DNA from: an uncultured Bacteroidales bacterium | GTDB lineage: Bacteria > Bacteroidota > Bacteroidia > Bacteroidales > UBA932 | Length of the DNA: 64,000 nt | Direction: 5' to 3' | Assembly: GCA_934717185.1 (NCBI GenBank) | Contig: CAKUYQ010000016.1 | Location: forward strand, 3,162-67,161 | Translations under genes and position numbers: made by a program | Part shown: in pieces, positions 1-10,866 of the stretch | Layout of the letters: each line of letters begins with the position of its first letter | Numbering within the stretch: the first letter of the stretch is position 1 | The notes under the pieces: model-generated | The model's input: the letters and a program-made list of their open reading frames with translations, nothing else | Database searches by the model: none | What the model was told of the DNA's origin: nothing

Positions 1-77
1 TTACACGATTGGAATACAAATGGAAGTGCCAATGCACATACAAACAAAACTTTTAAATTTTTTAGAACCTTTTTCAT
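1..77 (-). CDS. N-terminus of a lipoprotein (partial, runs off the window)
   Basis: The reverse strand reads ATG at 77..75, then MKKVLKNLKVLFVCALALPFVFQSC. This is a signal peptide with a lipobox Cys. Only 25 codons are visible. Confidence 0.3.
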   Translation of the reverse strand, partial: MKKVLKNLKVLFVCALALPFVFQSC

Positions 78-147
78 TTTTTATTAGTGTTATATTTTGT
101 ACATGTTAAACGCTCAAATAGAAAAATACTGCATTGCCTTTGCAAAT

Positions 148-1968
148 TTATTCAATATATTTTTTCAACCACACCTTTTCATCCTCATCCAAGTATGGCT
201 CCAATGTTGTGTAAACAGCTTCATTGTAGCTGTTTAACCAATCTATCTCATCTTTATTCAATATGGAGATAACAAGAGGGGTTTTATCAATTGGAACAAG
301 TGTAAATGTTTCAAATCTCAAAAAGCAGCCAAACTCGTTCTTAACCCAATCACGTGCGCAAATAACATTCTCTGTCCTTATTCCCCATTTGCCCTCAAAG
401 TAGATTGCAGGTTCGTTGGATATAACCATACCGTTTTTGATAGTAACAGGATTCTCCTCCATTCTTATGCTCTGCGGGCCTTCGTGTACACAAAGATTAT
501 GCCCTATCCCGTGACCTGTCCCATGGTAGAACATTGCGGCGTGGTTAAAGAGCGGACCCCTTGCAAGAATGTCCAATTGTGACCCTCTTGTTCCGGTAGG
601 AAATTTAGCCATGCTCAAATCAATCATACCCTTTAATACAAGAGTGTAGTATAGTTTCTGATTGTCGTCCAATTCTCCAATAGCTATTGTGCGTGTTGTG
701 TCTGTTGTGCCAAAGGTGTATTGTGCGCCGGTATCCATGAGCAGAAAGTTGTTTGAGCCAATTGCATTAGAGCTATCTTTGGTAGCGCTGTAATGGGGTA
801 GGGCTGCAGACGCTCCAAAGGCAACTATCGGTTCAAAGCTCTCCCCTCTGTAATCGGGGCACTCCTCTCTTAACTCCATAAGTCTTTCTCCAATGGAATA
901 TTCATCTAAAGGCTCCCCTTTATCAACAGATGAGTAGATATATTTTAACAACTTGCACCATGCAATACCGTCAAAAATGAAAGCTTTCTTAAAGCCGTTG
1001 ATCTCTGTCTCATTTTTTACAGATTTCATATTGGCTAAAATTCCACCCCTGCTGCAGTCCTCTACGCATATCCTTCCGTTGCCGGAAATCCTTAGATAAT
1101 CACTAAAGGATAATTTGTCGGGAAGATAAATCCTAACAGCATTTTGCGGAAGAGCAGACAGAAAATCTCTAAATTCAAAATAGTTGTGAACTCTTATCCC
1201 TGCCTTTTTTAATAAACCTTCAATTGCAGAGGGGGACTTTTCCATGTTGCAAAACAGGTTTATCCCCTTTTCATCTACCACTGCGTACGATTCAACTATG
1301 GGATTATACTCCACGTCATTGCCCCTTATGTTGCAGAGCCATGCAATGTCATCGCATGTGGTAACTATGTAGGCAAACTTTTCGGCAGGCAGGAAATATG
1401 GCTCCAGCTCCTTTACAAGCCTGTTGTACTTTGACTTTACAAGTTCTCCTGTTATCTCATAACCTCGGAGCTCTATACGTCCAAACTGCTCCGGCTTGCG
1501 TGATGGCCAGATATTGTACTCAGGCAGAGAGAATGGATCCTCCCCTGCAACAAGCTCTATTGGTTTAAGCTCTTTAGACAATGTGGCAAAATCATTTACG
1601 GAGTATAGAGTAGCATTAACACCAACCTTCTCTGCATGTTTCTCCGCCAACCACTGCGCTATTGAGGGGGTCCCGGGCATTTTCATCTTCATTAGTTTTA
1701 TTCCGGAACCATCCAATTCTCTTGCAGCCTGCACAAAATATCTTGAATCTGTCCAAAGCGCGGCATCTGTCAATGTTATTACCAATGTGCCTGCAGAGCC
1801 GGTAAATCCGCTCATCCATTCGCGTGCTTTAAAATGCTCCTGAACGTATTCGCCAAAGTGTTCACAATTGGATGGAATAACAAATGCGGACAGCCCCTTG
1901 TCTATAAGGTACTTCCGCATTCTCTCCAAACGTTGTGAAATAGTGATGGTCTCTATCTCATTACTCAT
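148..1968 (-). CDS. pepP: Xaa-Pro aminopeptidase (M24B, aminopeptidase P family)
   Basis: 606-aa ORF with the C-terminal M24 metal-binding signature HGTGHGIGHNLCVHEGP and NEPAIY. It has a long creatinase-like N-terminal half. Confidence 0.85.
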   Translation of the reverse strand: MSNEIETITISQRLERMRKYLIDKGLSAFVIPSNCEHFGEYVQEHFKAREWMSGFTGSAGTLVITLTDAALWTDSRYFVQAARELDGSGIKLMKMKMPGTPSIAQWLAEKHAEKVGVNATLYSVNDFATLSKELKPIELVAGEDPFSLPEYNIWPSRKPEQFGRIELRGYEITGELVKSKYNRLVKELEPYFLPAEKFAYIVTTCDDIAWLCNIRGNDVEYNPIVESYAVVDEKGINLFCNMEKSPSAIEGLLKKAGIRVHNYFEFRDFLSALPQNAVRIYLPDKLSFSDYLRISGNGRICVEDCSRGGILANMKSVKNETEINGFKKAFIFDGIAWCKLLKYIYSSVDKGEPLDEYSIGERLMELREECPDYRGESFEPIVAFGASAALPHYSATKDSSNAIGSNNFLLMDTGAQYTFGTTDTTRTIAIGELDDNQKLYYTLVLKGMIDLSMAKFPTGTRGSQLDILARGPLFNHAAMFYHGTGHGIGHNLCVHEGPQSIRMEENPVTIKNGMVISNEPAIYFEGKWGIRTENVICARDWVKNEFGCFLRFETFTLVPIDKTPLVISILNKDEIDWLNSYNEAVYTTLEPYLDEDEKVWLKKYIE

Positions 1969-2777
1969 TATAAAAGCGATTCTGAGTTAAGGTTCTTTTT
2001 CTCAATATCCTTGTAGTAGTTTACCGTGCCAACTTTAAGCTCGATTGTGGCCGCATCGTCGCATACAATTATCCCTTTTGGATGCATCTGCAGGATACTT
2101 ACTGTCCACATGTGGTTTACGGCACCTTCAACAGCTTGATACAGTGCGCGGGCTTTGTTATGTCCGTTTACAAGTATGAGTACCTCTTTTGCATCCATTA
2201 TGGTTCCAACGCCAACAGTAAGAGCTGTTTTTGGAACCTCGTTTATGTTATTGTTAAAGAAGCGTGAGTTGGCAATGATTGTATCTGTAGTAAGGGTCTT
2301 TACCCTGGTTCTGGATGTTAGGGATGACCCGGGTTCATTGAAAGCAATATGGCCGTCCGGGCCTATGCCTCCCATAAACAACTCAATACCGCCGTATGAT
2401 TTGATTTTCTCCTCATATCTCCGGCACTCCTCCTCTAAGTTTTTTGCGTTTCCGTTAAGTATATTAATGTTTTCAGGTTTTATGTTAACATACTTAAAGA
2501 AGTTGTTGTGCATGAAAGAATGGTAACTTTCGGGATGTGACTCCGGAATACCTATATATTCATCCATGTTAAATGTGACAACATTTTCAAAAGATACCTT
2601 ACCTGCCTCGTATAGATTTATAAGTTCTTTGTATGTCCCAAGAGGTGTAGAACCGGTTGGCAGACCCAATACAAATGGTTTATCTTTTGTAGGACCAAAA
2701 GCATTTATTCTACTAACAATGTATGCAGCAGCCCATTGTGAGAGTTGCTTATACGATTCCTGAATAATTAGTCTCAT
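1968..2777 (-). CDS. nagB: glucosamine-6-phosphate deaminase
   Basis: 269-aa ORF with GLPTGSTP and [17 protein letters not shown] motifs typical of NagB. Overlaps the pepP start by 1 nt. Confidence 0.92.
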   Translation of the reverse strand: MRLIIQESYKQLSQWAAAYIVSRINAFGPTKDKPFVLGLPTGSTPLGTYKELINLYEAGKVSFENVVTFNMDEYIGIPESHPESYHSFMHNNFFKYVNIKPENINILNGNAKNLEEECRRYEEKIKSYGGIELFMGGIGPDGHIAFNEPGSSLTSRTRVKTLTTDTIIANSRFFNNNINEVPKTALTVGVGTIMDAKEVLILVNGHNKARALYQAVEGAVNHMWTVSILQMHPKGIIVCDDAATIELKVGTVNYYKDIEKKNLNSESLL

Positions 2778-4450
2778 ATCTTATTTTTTAATAAATATTT
2801 TGCATTCTCAATTGCCGCCTCAGACAATACCTCTCCGCTGAGCATTCTTGCTATCTCCATAACCCTCTCCTGCGGTGTGAGTATCTTGAGCCTGGATTTT
2901 GTCTGCCCGCCATCCGTCTCCTTGTAAACAAGTATATGTGTGTCCCCTTTTGATGCAATTTGCGGAAGATGCGTTATTGAAAATATCTGCATATTCCTCC
3001 CCATCTCATCAATCAGAGCCCCCATCTTGTCTGCAATCCTGCCGGAAACGCCTGTGTCTATCTCATCAAATATCATTGTAGGCATGCCCGTGTACTTGGC
3101 CATAAGCCATTTTATGCAGAGCATCAGCCGCGATAACTCACCGCCGGAAGCAGCTTTTTGCACCGGCGCAGGGGCTATCCCCTTATTGGCGCTAAATAAA
3201 AACTCAATCTTGTCTTTACCGTTATGCTCATAATCGTCAGCAGGGCACAAAGATACAGTAAAAATTGCATCTTGCATCTCCAACCGGCGTATTCTTTCCT
3301 GTAAAACACCTCCAAGCTTATTAACGGCAGATTTTCTCTTTTCAGAGAGCTTTGCAGCACACATCTCCCGCTTTTTGCGCAACACCTCAACCTCTGCCTC
3401 AATCTCCTCTATCTTTTGGGTGGCGTTATTGCTAATCTCAATCTCGTTTTGCAACCTGTTACGCTCTTCAATAAGCTCCTCAATGCTATTCACCCCATGC
3501 TTTTTCATCAAAGAGTAGAGTGTGTTCAGTCTCTCCTCCACATCCTGCAACCTTGCAGGCGAAATTACAACTCTTTCGGCCTCATCTTGCAGATCACTCT
3601 CCAAATCCTTAAGCTCAATTCTAATGCTCTCAAACCTCTCGCTTAGTTCAGCTAATTTTGGGTGTGCATCTGTATGTCTGTTCAAAAGGTGTGAGATATC
3701 TTTAAGATTCTGTACAAACGAACGGTCTGCATTGGCAGACAGCATATCAATAGATGCACATAGGTCATTTTTATACTCCTCGGCTGTTGAAAGCTGTTTC
3801 TGCTCCTCCTCCAACCCCTCCAACTCACCCTCTTTAAGAGCGGCCTCCTGCAATTTTTCAAGCCGGTAAGAGATATAATCCATATTCCTCTCATTTGCGG
3901 CTGCCCTCTCCTTAACCTCCTTAAGCTCCGCATATTTTTTAGAAAGCAAGCCATTAGCTTCCCGATAAGCCTCCAATTCCTTTTCAGCTCCGCAATAATA
4001 GTCTAATACACTCATCTGGTAATCTTTATCGTTGAGCCTGAGCGTTGCGTGCTGTGCATGAATATCTATAAGTTTTAGAGTAATTTGCGACAATACTGCC
4101 AATTGAACAGGAATGTCGTTTATGAAAGACCTGCTACGTCCGCTTGGAGATATGACCCTCCTTACCAAAAGCTCGTTGCATGGTAGATTATCACATTCCA
4201 AAACAGAACATATCTCTTTTAACAGAGTTGGCTGGTTATCAATAGAAAAGGTCCCCTCAACGATACAGTTGCGCTCTTTGTCCAATAGAGATGACGAATC
4301 ACTCTTGCCGCCAAGAAGTAGAGACAAGCCACCCAAAAGAATGGATTTGCCGGCTCCTGTCTCACCTGAAATGATAATCAAACCGTTAGGAAACTCTATC
4401 TCAACAGAATCTATAAGGGCAAAATTGCTTATGTAAAGTCTTTTTAGCAT
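2774..4450 (-). CDS. recN: DNA repair protein RecN
   Basis: 558 aa with N-terminal Walker A GETGAGKS, a long coiled-coil middle, and C-terminal [11 protein letters not shown] and MIFDEIDTG motifs. Confidence 0.92.
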   Translation of the reverse strand: MLKRLYISNFALIDSVEIEFPNGLIIISGETGAGKSILLGGLSLLLGGKSDSSSLLDKERNCIVEGTFSIDNQPTLLKEICSVLECDNLPCNELLVRRVISPSGRSRSFINDIPVQLAVLSQITLKLIDIHAQHATLRLNDKDYQMSVLDYYCGAEKELEAYREANGLLSKKYAELKEVKERAAANERNMDYISYRLEKLQEAALKEGELEGLEEEQKQLSTAEEYKNDLCASIDMLSANADRSFVQNLKDISHLLNRHTDAHPKLAELSERFESIRIELKDLESDLQDEAERVVISPARLQDVEERLNTLYSLMKKHGVNSIEELIEERNRLQNEIEISNNATQKIEEIEAEVEVLRKKREMCAAKLSEKRKSAVNKLGGVLQERIRRLEMQDAIFTVSLCPADDYEHNGKDKIEFLFSANKGIAPAPVQKAASGGELSRLMLCIKWLMAKYTGMPTMIFDEIDTGVSGRIADKMGALIDEMGRNMQIFSITHLPQIASKGDTHILVYKETDGGQTKSRLKILTPQERVMEIARMLSGEVLSEAAIENAKYLLKNKI

Positions 4451-4456
4451 GGTTTT

Positions 4457-5668
4457 TTATGCATTGAAGTATTTCTCTATCTCAGAAATGATGTCCTCTG
4501 CAACACTCATTTTAGATTTAAGGTCAAATCTAAGGATCCCTCCGCCTCTCTTGATTATGCTTATCCTGTTGGTATCTGTGCCAAATCCTGCTCCACTGTC
4601 GTTAAGCGAATTAAGTACTATCATATTAAGATTCTTGCGCTCTAATTTATGGAGAGCATTCTCCTCCTCATTATCTGTTTCAAGAGCAAATCCAACAGAG
4701 AGCTGCCCCTCTTTTTTGTGCTTTCCAACCCATGCAGCTATATCTGGATTTGATGTAAGTGCAAGAGTTGGGTTAACCTCTTTCTCCCTCTTTATTTTAG
4801 ATGAATTGAATGATGCAGGTTTATAATCTGCAACGGCAGCGCAAAGAATTATTATATCGCTATTTAAAAGATTCTCTCTCACTCCGGCAAACATCTCGTC
4901 TGCACTCTCTACATCTATCACGTTAATGCCCGGAGTCTCTGTTTTTATGTTAACCGGCCCGCTTACCAATGTCACGTTGGCTCCACGTATGGCAGCCTGT
5001 TCAGCCAAAGCATACCCCATCTTTCCTGTAGAGTAGTTGCTTATGTAACGGACAGGATCTATCCTCTCTCTCGTGGGACCGGCAGTTATCAAAACCCTTT
5101 TTCCATTTAATGGAGAGTTACTTCTTGCAGCAAAAAGAGCTTTAACAGCATCTACAATCTTTTCCGGCTCCTCCATTCTCCCCTTACCGGACAGCCCACT
5201 TGCCAATTCACCGTTTTCCGGTTCAACTATCACAGCTCCACGCTCCTTTAATATTTCAAGATTCCTGCATGTTGCAGGGTGAAGGAACATATCCATATCC
5301 ATTGCAGGTGCAATCATAACAGGGCACCGTAAGGAGAGATATGTAGTCAGTAACAGATTATCAGCAATTCCGGCAACCATCTTGCCAATTGTATTGGCAG
5401 AACATGGCGCAACAAGAAACAGATCTGCCCACAAGCCAAGACTTACGTGAGAATTCCAGTCTCCATTTTCGCAGTTGTAGAAATCAACTAAAATTGGATT
5501 TTTGCTCAATGTGGCAAGTGTTAGAGGGGTAATAAACTCCTTGGCCATCTTGGTCATAATAACTTTAACCTCGGCCCCCTCTTTAACAAGCATTCTAACA
5601 AGAAGAGCCGCCTTGTAGGCGGCAATGCTTCCTGTAACTCCTATAAGTATATGTTTCCCTTTCAACAC
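4457..5668 (-). CDS. coaBC: bifunctional phosphopantothenoylcysteine decarboxylase/phosphopantothenate-cysteine ligase
   Basis: 403 aa. It has an N-terminal flavoprotein domain (GVTGSIAAYK) and a C-terminal CoaB ligase domain (ITAGPTRERIDPVRYISNYSTGKMG). Confidence 0.92.
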   Translation of the reverse strand: MLKGKHILIGVTGSIAAYKAALLVRMLVKEGAEVKVIMTKMAKEFITPLTLATLSKNPILVDFYNCENGDWNSHVSLGLWADLFLVAPCSANTIGKMVAGIADNLLLTTYLSLRCPVMIAPAMDMDMFLHPATCRNLEILKERGAVIVEPENGELASGLSGKGRMEEPEKIVDAVKALFAARSNSPLNGKRVLITAGPTRERIDPVRYISNYSTGKMGYALAEQAAIRGANVTLVSGPVNIKTETPGINVIDVESADEMFAGVRENLLNSDIIILCAAVADYKPASFNSSKIKREKEVNPTLALTSNPDIAAWVGKHKKEGQLSVGFALETDNEEENALHKLERKNLNMIVLNSLNDSGAGFGTDTNRISIIKRGGGILRFDLKSKMSVAEDIISEIEKYFNA

Positions 5669-5683
5669 AATCCCAAAGAAAAA

Positions 5684-6001
5684 CTATGATTCTATCTTTC
5701 TGTAATAAATCTCATTGTTTTCAAACTCACTTATTGCAACAAGAGTAGGTTTGGGTAACTTCTCGTAATGTTTTGAGATCTCAATCTGCTCCCTGTTCTC
5801 AAAGGTCTCCTCAAGGGTATCCGCAGAGTTTGAGAACTCCTCTAACTTTGCACTCAGCTCCTGTTTGATCTCTGCTGCAATCTGATTAGAACGTTTTGCA
5901 ATAATCATAACAGTCTCGTAGATGTTTCCTGTTGGTTCTGCCAGATCAACAAGATTACGAGTAATTGTATTCATGGCAACATTCTTTTCTTTCTTTTCCA
6001 T
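5684..6001 (-). CDS. rpoZ: RNA polymerase omega subunit-like protein (Bacteroidetes type)
   Basis: 105-aa ORF with an Rpb6/omega-like core NIYETVMIIAKRSNQI. It sits in the bamD-rpoZ-coaBC-recN order seen in Bacteroidales. The true start may be the internal MNTITR. Confidence 0.55.
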   Translation of the reverse strand: MEKKEKNVAMNTITRNLVDLAEPTGNIYETVMIIAKRSNQIAAEIKQELSAKLEEFSNSADTLEETFENREQIEISKHYEKLPKPTLVAISEFENNEIYYRKIES

Positions 6002-6009
6002 CTTATATA

Positions 6010-6804
6010 TTAGTTCTTTAGATATTTTTGTACTTTTTCAAACAAATCCGTGAGTTCTTTCATGTGCTTTGACTCAGGAAATTCGCCCACAAAGTTATAA
6101 TAATCATCGGAAAAATTCATATACCGCTCCTTTTGTTTTTCCGCAACGCTGTTTTCTGCATATTTATATGAGGCCATCGCAGTATAATAGAGCACCTCCT
6201 CCCTGTAAACATTGTCTGCATTCTCCTTTATCACATTTTTTAGGGCGGTGTGTGCAGCCAAGTAATCCTCCATTGTATAGTAGAGTTTAGCCCCCTCAAA
6301 ACTCTTTTTGTCCAATCGCTCTTGCAGAGTCTTTAACATCTCATTGCACTTTTCATAATATTCGCTTTGAGGATTGTCATACAGAAACTCCCCAATAACC
6401 ACCATTGCTTTATGGGTAGGGGTTTGGTCCAATTCATATCTGTACGTGCTGTTAAACAGACAGTTAATCCTTAAAAATTTGGCCTCTTCCGTAAACGGGC
6501 TTCTTGGGAACTCTGTTATGAACTTGTCAAAACTTGCCTCAGCTGCAATAAGGTCGCCATAGCGGTATTTGCTAAGACCGGTGTAGAAATTGACTGTGTC
6601 CTCAATTGGTGTGCCCTGAGACAAAAGAACAAGGTCCTCATATATGTCAGATGCCTTTTTGAATTTCTTTTCGCTAAAAAACTTTTTTGCCGCTTCATAT
6701 TTGTAATCCATGTCGTTACTCTTTCTCGCAGCCTCATAATATCCGGCACAAGATGTTGTGAGGAGCAACGTTACAAAAAGAAGATAAGTTATAAATCTTT
6801 GCAT
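6010..6804 (-). CDS. bamD: outer membrane protein assembly factor BamD (YfiO-like TPR lipoprotein)
   Basis: 264 aa with lipoprotein signal LLLTTSC and TPR-like helical repeats. Gene context supports the call. Confidence 0.75.
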   Translation of the reverse strand: MQRFITYLLFVTLLLTTSCAGYYEAARKSNDMDYKYEAAKKFFSEKKFKKASDIYEDLVLLSQGTPIEDTVNFYTGLSKYRYGDLIAAEASFDKFITEFPRSPFTEEAKFLRINCLFNSTYRYELDQTPTHKAMVVIGEFLYDNPQSEYYEKCNEMLKTLQERLDKKSFEGAKLYYTMEDYLAAHTALKNVIKENADNVYREEVLYYTAMASYKYAENSVAEKQKERYMNFSDDYYNFVGEFPESKHMKELTDLFEKVQKYLKN

Positions 6805-6852
6805 TTTTTTTCTTTTTAAAGATTATCTGTATTATATCTATAAAGATCCTTT

Positions 6853-7788
6853 TTATGCGTTCTCAGAAAGAAATCTCTCTGCGTCCATTGCCGCACGGCA
6901 TCCCGACCCTGCTGCAGCTATGGCCTGCCTGTATGTGGGGTCTTGAACATCACCGGCTGCAAATACCCCCGGAACATTGGTCTTTTGGGACTTGCCATCT
7001 GTAATGATATAACCCTCGGCGTTGGTGTTAATCCACTCCTTAAACAGTTCTGAGTTAGGATGGTGACCAATGGCAAGGAAGAACCCATGAATCTTTATCT
7101 CAAAATCATCACCTGTTTTATTGTTGTTGAGCAGGGCGCCGGTAACGCCAAACTCGTCTCCAAGTATCTCTTTGGTATTGCAGTTCCACAGAATCTCAAT
7201 GTTAGGGGTCTTCATAACCCTCTCCTGCATGGCTTTTGAAGCTCTTAGAACATCCCTTCTTACAATGAGGTACACCTTGTTGCATAGGCCTGCAAGGTAG
7301 GTGGCCTCTTCACACGCGGTGTCACCACCTCCAACAACGGCAACATCCTTTTTCCTGTAGAAGAACCCATCGCATGTGGCACACGCAGATACACCTTCAC
7401 CCCTGTATCTCTCCTCGGAAGGAAGACCAAGATATTTGGCCGTTGCGCCTGTTGCTATGATAATGGTCTCCGCCAACAGATTCTTCTGCCCGTCTACCTC
7501 AACTTTAAAAGGTCTGCTTCCAAGATCAACCTTTGTTATAATACCAAATCGTACCTCTGTACCAAATCTCTCAGCCTGCTTCTTAAGGTCATCCATCAGC
7601 TCATTGCCGCTTATCCCTTGCGGATATCCGGGAAAATTGTCAATCTCTGTAGTCGTTGTAAGCTGGCCACCCGGCTGGATGCCCTCATATACCACAGGAT
7701 TTAGATTTGCACGAGATGCATAAATTGCTGCGGTATAGCCTGCAGGACCGCTTCCAATAATCAGACATTTGATACTGTTATTATCCAT
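6853..7788 (-). CDS. trxB: thioredoxin-disulfide reductase
   Basis: 311 aa with FAD motif GSGPAGYTAA, redox-active CATC (SACATCDG) and NADPH motif GGGDTA. Confidence 0.93.
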   Translation of the reverse strand: MDNNSIKCLIIGSGPAGYTAAIYASRANLNPVVYEGIQPGGQLTTTTEIDNFPGYPQGISGNELMDDLKKQAERFGTEVRFGIITKVDLGSRPFKVEVDGQKNLLAETIIIATGATAKYLGLPSEERYRGEGVSACATCDGFFYRKKDVAVVGGGDTACEEATYLAGLCNKVYLIVRRDVLRASKAMQERVMKTPNIEILWNCNTKEILGDEFGVTGALLNNNKTGDDFEIKIHGFFLAIGHHPNSELFKEWINTNAEGYIITDGKSQKTNVPGVFAAGDVQDPTYRQAIAAAGSGCRAAMDAERFLSENA

Positions 7789-7821
7789 AGTAGAAAAATA
7801 TTTGCAAAGTTAGTAAAATTT

Positions 7822-8781
7822 TTATCTCTTGTTTATTAATTGTTCCTTAACGTAATACACTAAACGCAATCCCCATACGATTGCCATTGCCCCTATCCAT
7901 CTCGATACCAAAAGGACATACCATATACCTCCTATGGCCGAGAGCAAAAACAGATCCTCAAAATTACTATGTGAGATACAGATGTGGTAATTGAGCAGAT
8001 CTATATCCCTTTTGCCTATCTGTCCGCTTTTACTCTCATCTATCATTACCGCAGCACCGTATGCCAAACCTAATGTATTGGCAACGATCCACAAGAATGC
8101 AGTTTTTGCCGGCAGACCGAAAAACCTTAACAGCGGCATAAGGAGTTTTGCAAGCAATTTTATTACACCAAACTCGTTCATGAGTTTTTGGAGAATGCCC
8201 AAGATGTATATTAGCGTAACCATCTTAACTACAAGCCTGCCTGTTGAAAACAACCAGCTTTTGAGCATCTCTAAAAGAGTTTGCGTGCCCTCCGCATTTT
8301 CAATAAAATTCGTGCCACTATGGCCCGGCAACACCTTGTTGAGACAAAAAGCAAGGATAAAAGCCATTAAGGTTCTGCAGAGTGTGATACCAATTGCAGA
8401 GGAGCCGGTCTTTTTCTGCACGGCCGTCTCGGTAATCATGTTGTGGGCGCACATTACCATAACACTTAAGATGGTAATTACCCTAACATCAAAATCAAAA
8501 GCTGCCATAACGGAGATGGCGGCATAGACATTTACAAAATATCCGGTTACAAACGGAAGAGCTGCCTCTCCAGGCAATCCAATAAAATTGAATACCGGCG
8601 ACAGAAACTTTGATATAAGAGGCAGTATGTTAAAATATTGCAGGAAAACAATCAACAAAGAGACAATAACAGTAAGGCGCACTATCCAAATGCAGGTTTT
8701 GGTTGTATTTGGAAGCACCTCTTTAATGGAACGTATAACTCTTTGCTTTACAGACTCTTCATTTGAGCTTTTGCAGTTCAT
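7822..8781 (-). CDS. polytopic membrane protein, nucleoside-recognition (Gate) domain family
   Basis: 319 aa with multiple hydrophobic helices. It resembles Gate-domain/SpmA-like membrane proteins. The assignment is from memory only. Confidence 0.5.
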   Translation of the reverse strand: MNCKSSNEESVKQRVIRSIKEVLPNTTKTCIWIVRLTVIVSLLIVFLQYFNILPLISKFLSPVFNFIGLPGEAALPFVTGYFVNVYAAISVMAAFDFDVRVITILSVMVMCAHNMITETAVQKKTGSSAIGITLCRTLMAFILAFCLNKVLPGHSGTNFIENAEGTQTLLEMLKSWLFSTGRLVVKMVTLIYILGILQKLMNEFGVIKLLAKLLMPLLRFFGLPAKTAFLWIVANTLGLAYGAAVMIDESKSGQIGKRDIDLLNYHICISHSNFEDLFLLSAIGGIWYVLLVSRWIGAMAIVWGLRLVYYVKEQLINKR

Positions 8782-8874
8782 TATCTATTTTGGCTTAAAA
8801 ACAATGCCTGCAAAGGTAATTAATTTGGTAACCTTCAAAAAATAACCTGAGGCAACTTATTTTTTTCATGTTAC

Positions 8875-10251
8875 TTAGAACGAGAATCTAAGTCCGGCAT
8901 CGAATGTAACGGAAAAGTCCTTGTCTGAATAGTAGTTCTGTACTGTAAAGTTATTGAACTTGGTAAGCTCTTCGTTATCTGACAGCATAAAACTTACTCC
9001 GGGCTGTACAAAAATTCCAACATTCCTGCTCAGCTTCCCAAGAAAGCCTGCCTGCAGATTTAAAGAGGATTCAAACTGGCCTATACCAAAACTCTCATGG
9101 CCTATACTTGCGCTTATGCACTTGTTTATATTGCAGCCTGCTCCAAGATAAAGCCCTGCAGCCTTGCCATTTACAAAATACCAGTTAAGATTTACAGGCA
9201 CCCCTATGTAATGTAGCTTCTGGCTTATTTTCTCGTTATTTTTCTTTATATCAGACCGCAGATATGAGTAAGAAAGCCCTGTTTCAAAATAAAGATTCTT
9301 GGATACCTTTACAGCTACGGTAACCCCAAACTTAAGTGGAAGTTTATGATTGTAGCTACCACCCCTCAGGTCTATCTTATTCTCCCTAATACCCGTTACA
9401 TGGCTCAAGTTCTTTTCTGTGGTGGAGAAAGCACCTTTATCAAATTTCCCCAAATCTTTATTTTCGACCCTGTTAACCCCTTGGTTAATATCATACAGAA
9501 AATTAGGGGAAGATTCCATGTCCTGGAGGCTTTTAATATCATCATCATAACCACTCTCTAAAAACATCCCTCCACCGGCCGCATTTCCGGCATTAAGGGC
9601 AATTGAAACCCCTTTTTCTTCCCGATAAATCTTTCCCTTTCTGCCTTTCCTGCCATTTTCCGCCACTGCTTTATCCCACTCCTTTTGATCTGAGAATGTT
9701 AGATTAACAACATTGTTAACCACATCCGCATTTGATTTCTCCTCCTCTGCACTGTTCTCTATTACAGTACTTTCCATTGCTATACTCTCAGTTTTGGTAT
9801 TTTCTGTTAAAGCAACCTCTGTAATGGCATTTTCTGCAGATGCACTCTTTTCAGTTACAGCATTTTCTAATGCGGGGTTGTCAGTTACCTCAACTTCCTT
9901 ATACCCATTATCTGCTACATTTTTAGTTCTCTGCCCAGGCAGACTGTTTTGGGCAATATAGTATGGAGCAGAGGTTTTTTTTACAACTGCAATCATATCT
10001 GTACTACTGTTTGCTTTAAAATTGCCAACAAACTCCCTGTTTATGTATATAGTAGGTAAAAGAAGCAGAACGATTGCAGCCGCAGCGCAGTAACTTATCA
10101 ACTTTATCACTTTTGCACGCTTTCTCCTCATTATGCTGTTCATAACAGCGCCAAAACCATCCGCAGGCAACTCAGTCTCTATACTGTTTACCTTGTTCTT
10201 TATCTCTTCAATCCACTCTTCATGAAGATTATTTTTATCTAACGGTTTCAT
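8875..10251 (-). CDS. membrane-anchored anti-sigma factor with C-terminal outer-membrane beta-barrel (porin/PorT-like) domain
   Basis: The ORF track starts at 10299. The MKPLDK start at 10251 avoids overlap with the upstream sigma gene. Domains: short cytoplasmic N-terminus, one TM helix (VIKLISYCAAAAIVLLLLPTIYI), an acidic low-complexity TEN-rich linker, and a C-terminal beta-strand-rich domain ending in an aromatic residue (LRFSF). Confidence 0.55.
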   Translation of the reverse strand: MKPLDKNNLHEEWIEEIKNKVNSIETELPADGFGAVMNSIMRRKRAKVIKLISYCAAAAIVLLLLPTIYINREFVGNFKANSSTDMIAVVKKTSAPYYIAQNSLPGQRTKNVADNGYKEVEVTDNPALENAVTEKSASAENAITEVALTENTKTESIAMESTVIENSAEEEKSNADVVNNVVNLTFSDQKEWDKAVAENGRKGRKGKIYREEKGVSIALNAGNAAGGGMFLESGYDDDIKSLQDMESSPNFLYDINQGVNRVENKDLGKFDKGAFSTTEKNLSHVTGIRENKIDLRGGSYNHKLPLKFGVTVAVKVSKNLYFETGLSYSYLRSDIKKNNEKISQKLHYIGVPVNLNWYFVNGKAAGLYLGAGCNINKCISASIGHESFGIGQFESSLNLQAGFLGKLSRNVGIFVQPGVSFMLSDNEELTKFNNFTVQNYYSDKDFSVTFDAGLRFSF

Positions 10252-10255
10252 CCTG

Positions 10256-10813
10256 CTATCTGTTTTGCATTTGTAAATAATCGTTAACCATTTTTGCAAG
10301 TGAACTCTTTGCTCTTGCCAATTGGGAAGATGAACTTCTCTCGTTTATTCCCAACTTTTGTGCTATTTCCTTATGAGACAAATTCTCAAATACATAGAGG
10401 TTGAACACTGTTCTATATCCAACCGGCAGCCTGCCAATAAACTTTAAAAGCACATCATTCGGAACAGTAGACAATGACTCTGCATTAGGAGGATCCTCCT
10501 CAACATAATATTTGGCTTCGTTGAGGTCTGTCATAGCCAACTTCCGCTCCCTAAGATACTGGATAGATACATTTGCCGTGAGCTTGCACATCCAGGCCTT
10601 GAGAGAACCTTTCCCTCTCCATCTGAATTTGTCAAACGATGAAAAAATCTTTATAAAACTATCATGAAGAATATCCTCTGCAAGCTCCCTCTCCCCAAGG
10701 TAACGTAGGGCAACGACAAACAGCACCGGAGCATAACTCCGGTATAACTCCGCCATAGCCGTTTTATTGCCGTTTTTGCACTCTTCAACGATAGTTTCCT
10801 CTTGCATTGTCAA
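10256..10813 (-). CDS. ECF-type RNA polymerase sigma-70 factor
   Basis: 185 aa with region 2 (LRYLGERELAEDILHDSFIKIF) and region 4 HTH (LSHKEIAQKLGINERSSSSQLARAK). Confidence 0.85.
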   Translation of the reverse strand: MTMQEETIVEECKNGNKTAMAELYRSYAPVLFVVALRYLGERELAEDILHDSFIKIFSSFDKFRWRGKGSLKAWMCKLTANVSIQYLRERKLAMTDLNEAKYYVEEDPPNAESLSTVPNDVLLKFIGRLPVGYRTVFNLYVFENLSHKEIAQKLGINERSSSSQLARAKSSLAKMVNDYLQMQNR

Positions 10814-10866
10814 GCCTCATTCGCAATTAAAACGCAAAAAATAGAAAATACTGCTTACTAATCAGA

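Noticed and set aside
2774-2777. Short overlaps between adjacent genes: 1 nt at 1968, 4 nt at 2774..2777 and 4 nt at 38367..38370.
   Set aside because: These are ordinary stop/start overlaps typical of translationally coupled operon genes, not anomalies in themselves.
9713-9961. Periodic-looking nucleotide repeats, checked as a possible tandem repeat or CRISPR-like array.
   Set aside because: They encode the imperfect TEN/ENA low-complexity linker of the anti-sigma protein. There are no spacer-repeat units.
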